Notes under the pieces: model-generated | Told to the model about the DNA's origin: nothing | The model's input: the letters and a program-made list of their open reading frames with translations, nothing else | Databases searched by the model: none | Shown here: piece by piece, positions 62,502 through 64,000 of the stretch | Numbering within the stretch: position 1 is the first letter of the stretch | Layout of the letters: each line of letters opens with the position of its first letter | Program-made: the position numbers and the translations under genes | Source: Octopus bimaculoides | Taxonomy: Eukaryota | Length of the DNA: 64,000 nucleotides | Direction of reading: 5' to 3' | Assembly (NCBI RefSeq): GCF_001194135.2 | Contig: NC_068997.1 | Span: 5,843,086-5,907,085, forward strand

Positions 62502-63560
62502 AGGCAGTGAGCTAGCAAAATCATTAGCACAATGGGCAAAGTGCTTTGTGGTATTTTGTTTCTACATTCTGAGTTTGAATTCTGCTGAGGTTGATTTTGC
62601 CTTTTATCCTTTTAGAGGAACGATAAAATAAGTACCAGTTCAGCACTGGGGTTGATGTAATCAATTTAACCCTTCCTCTCAAAAACTGCTGGCCCTGTGC
62701 CAAAATTTGAAAATATTGTTAAAACAGTGAGCTGGCTGAATTGTTAACACAAGTAAAATGCTTAGTGCATTTCTTCTGGCTCTTTCCATTCTGAGTTCAA
62801 ATTCTGTCATGGTTGACTTTGCCTTCCATCTTTTCGAGGTCAATGAAATAAGTACCAGTTGACCACTGACATCAGTGTTATCAATTAGCTCCCTTCCCAC
62901 AAATTTCAAATCTTGTGCCTGTAGTAGAAAGGATTATTACTATTATTGAGGCACTGCTCTGGTAGAATCATTGGAGTAGCAGAGAAAATACCTTACAACA
63001 TTTGTTCCAGCTCTTTACATTCTGAGTTCAAATCCTGCTGAAGTTAAGTACTGAAACTTGCTGGCTTTTTACCTATATCAGAACCCATTATTATTACTGA
63101 GAGTGAGAAAAAAACTATTTTGCAACACTTGTTCTGGCTCTTTGTATTTTGTGTTCAAATCCTGCCAGGGTCACCTTTGCCTTTCGTCTTTTTCGGAATC
63201 AAAATAAAAGTTCCAGTCACTTGGTTTAATGGAATTAACTAATCTTCTCTGGTTTGATGAAATAAGTACCAATCAAGTACTGGGGTTGATGTAATTGATT
63301 AACACTCTCTCTCAAAATTTTGTGCCTTGTGCCTGTTCTAGAAAGAATTATTTTTATTATTATTGATCTTGCAGGATCTTTAACATATCAGATAAAATGA
63401 TTAGTGTCATTTCTTCTGGCTCTTCTGAGTGGAACTTGAGTTCCACTGAGGTCAATTTTGCCTTTTGGGGTTGATAAAATAAGTACCAATTGAGCACTCG
63501 TGTCAATGTGATGCCCTTCCCCAACAACTGCTGACCTTGTACCAGAATTAGAAAAAATTA
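62502..63560 (+). mobile_element. Head-to-tail array of 5 family-A SINE copies
   Basis: Units at ~62502-62715, 62722-62935, 62948-63090, 63100-63350 and 63365-63560, separated by ATT-like runs. A sixth head begins at 63971. Confidence 0.85.
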
Positions 63561-63926
63561 TTTTCAATTTGTTGTATTCCTATCACTCTAAGCATACCTC
63601 CCTCAACAATTATATTTGTGATTTGTCTTATAATGTCATCCATCCTCTTTCCCCTATTCTTGTAATAATGGATGAAATTATATCATTTTTATTATGATCA
63701 TTTTTTCCCAGGAATTATTTTAGATCTAAATTTACAAATTATTTTCACTTTTTAATTTATCTTCTTCCGAAAGTTAATTTTATATTTGGATTCTTTGTGA
63801 TAGCATTTTATGTAGGTTGCTTTTATTGTCTTTGAGGCTTTACAAAAAAGAAGATATTTGTTGCAGTGTTCTTGTAAACCATATTTTTGTTGCCCTCATC
63901 TTGTACCCTTTCCAGGAAAAATAGAT

Positions 63927-63961
<35 letters not shown>

Positions 63962-64000
63962 TATTATTTAAGGTAGTGAAATGGCAGAATTGTTGGCATG

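Overview
This is AT-rich, microsatellite-dense eukaryotic DNA with four N-gaps. It is most likely a coleoid cephalopod (Octopus-like), inferred from the tRNA-derived SINE, RTE and microsatellite landscape and not from a database search. I see no intact long ORF, rRNA, true tRNA gene or CRISPR array. Almost every ORF in the supplied track is a simple-repeat or transposon artefact. Most of the window is retroposon and DNA-transposon debris: a decayed Hsmar1-like DD34D mariner (4867-5786), RTE-clade LINE pieces (endonuclease ~20440-21090, reverse transcriptase plus zinc finger 43083-44001, ORF2 end plus 3'UTR 28652-29685), several SINE-like families (my labels A-E and G), Tc1/mariner and piggyBac-type MITEs, a non-autonomous Helitron, and Penelope-like remnants with degenerate minimal hammerhead ribozyme motifs. 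Three widely spaced plus-strand segments with strong splice signals (26332-26395, 42280-42417, 61950-62036) suggest the window is mainly the long introns of one host gene that I cannot identify. The most interesting leads are: (i) three decayed hammerhead-like motifs; (ii) a multi-hairpin cassette with 55-bp inverted arms at 54540-54760; (iii) repeated pseudoknot-compatible modules in the RTE 3'UTR; (iv) head-to-tail SINE arrays that appear to target (ATT)n; (v) a piggyBac MITE nested in an older copy of itself. Repeat boundaries are read by eye and are approximate unless exact bases are quoted.
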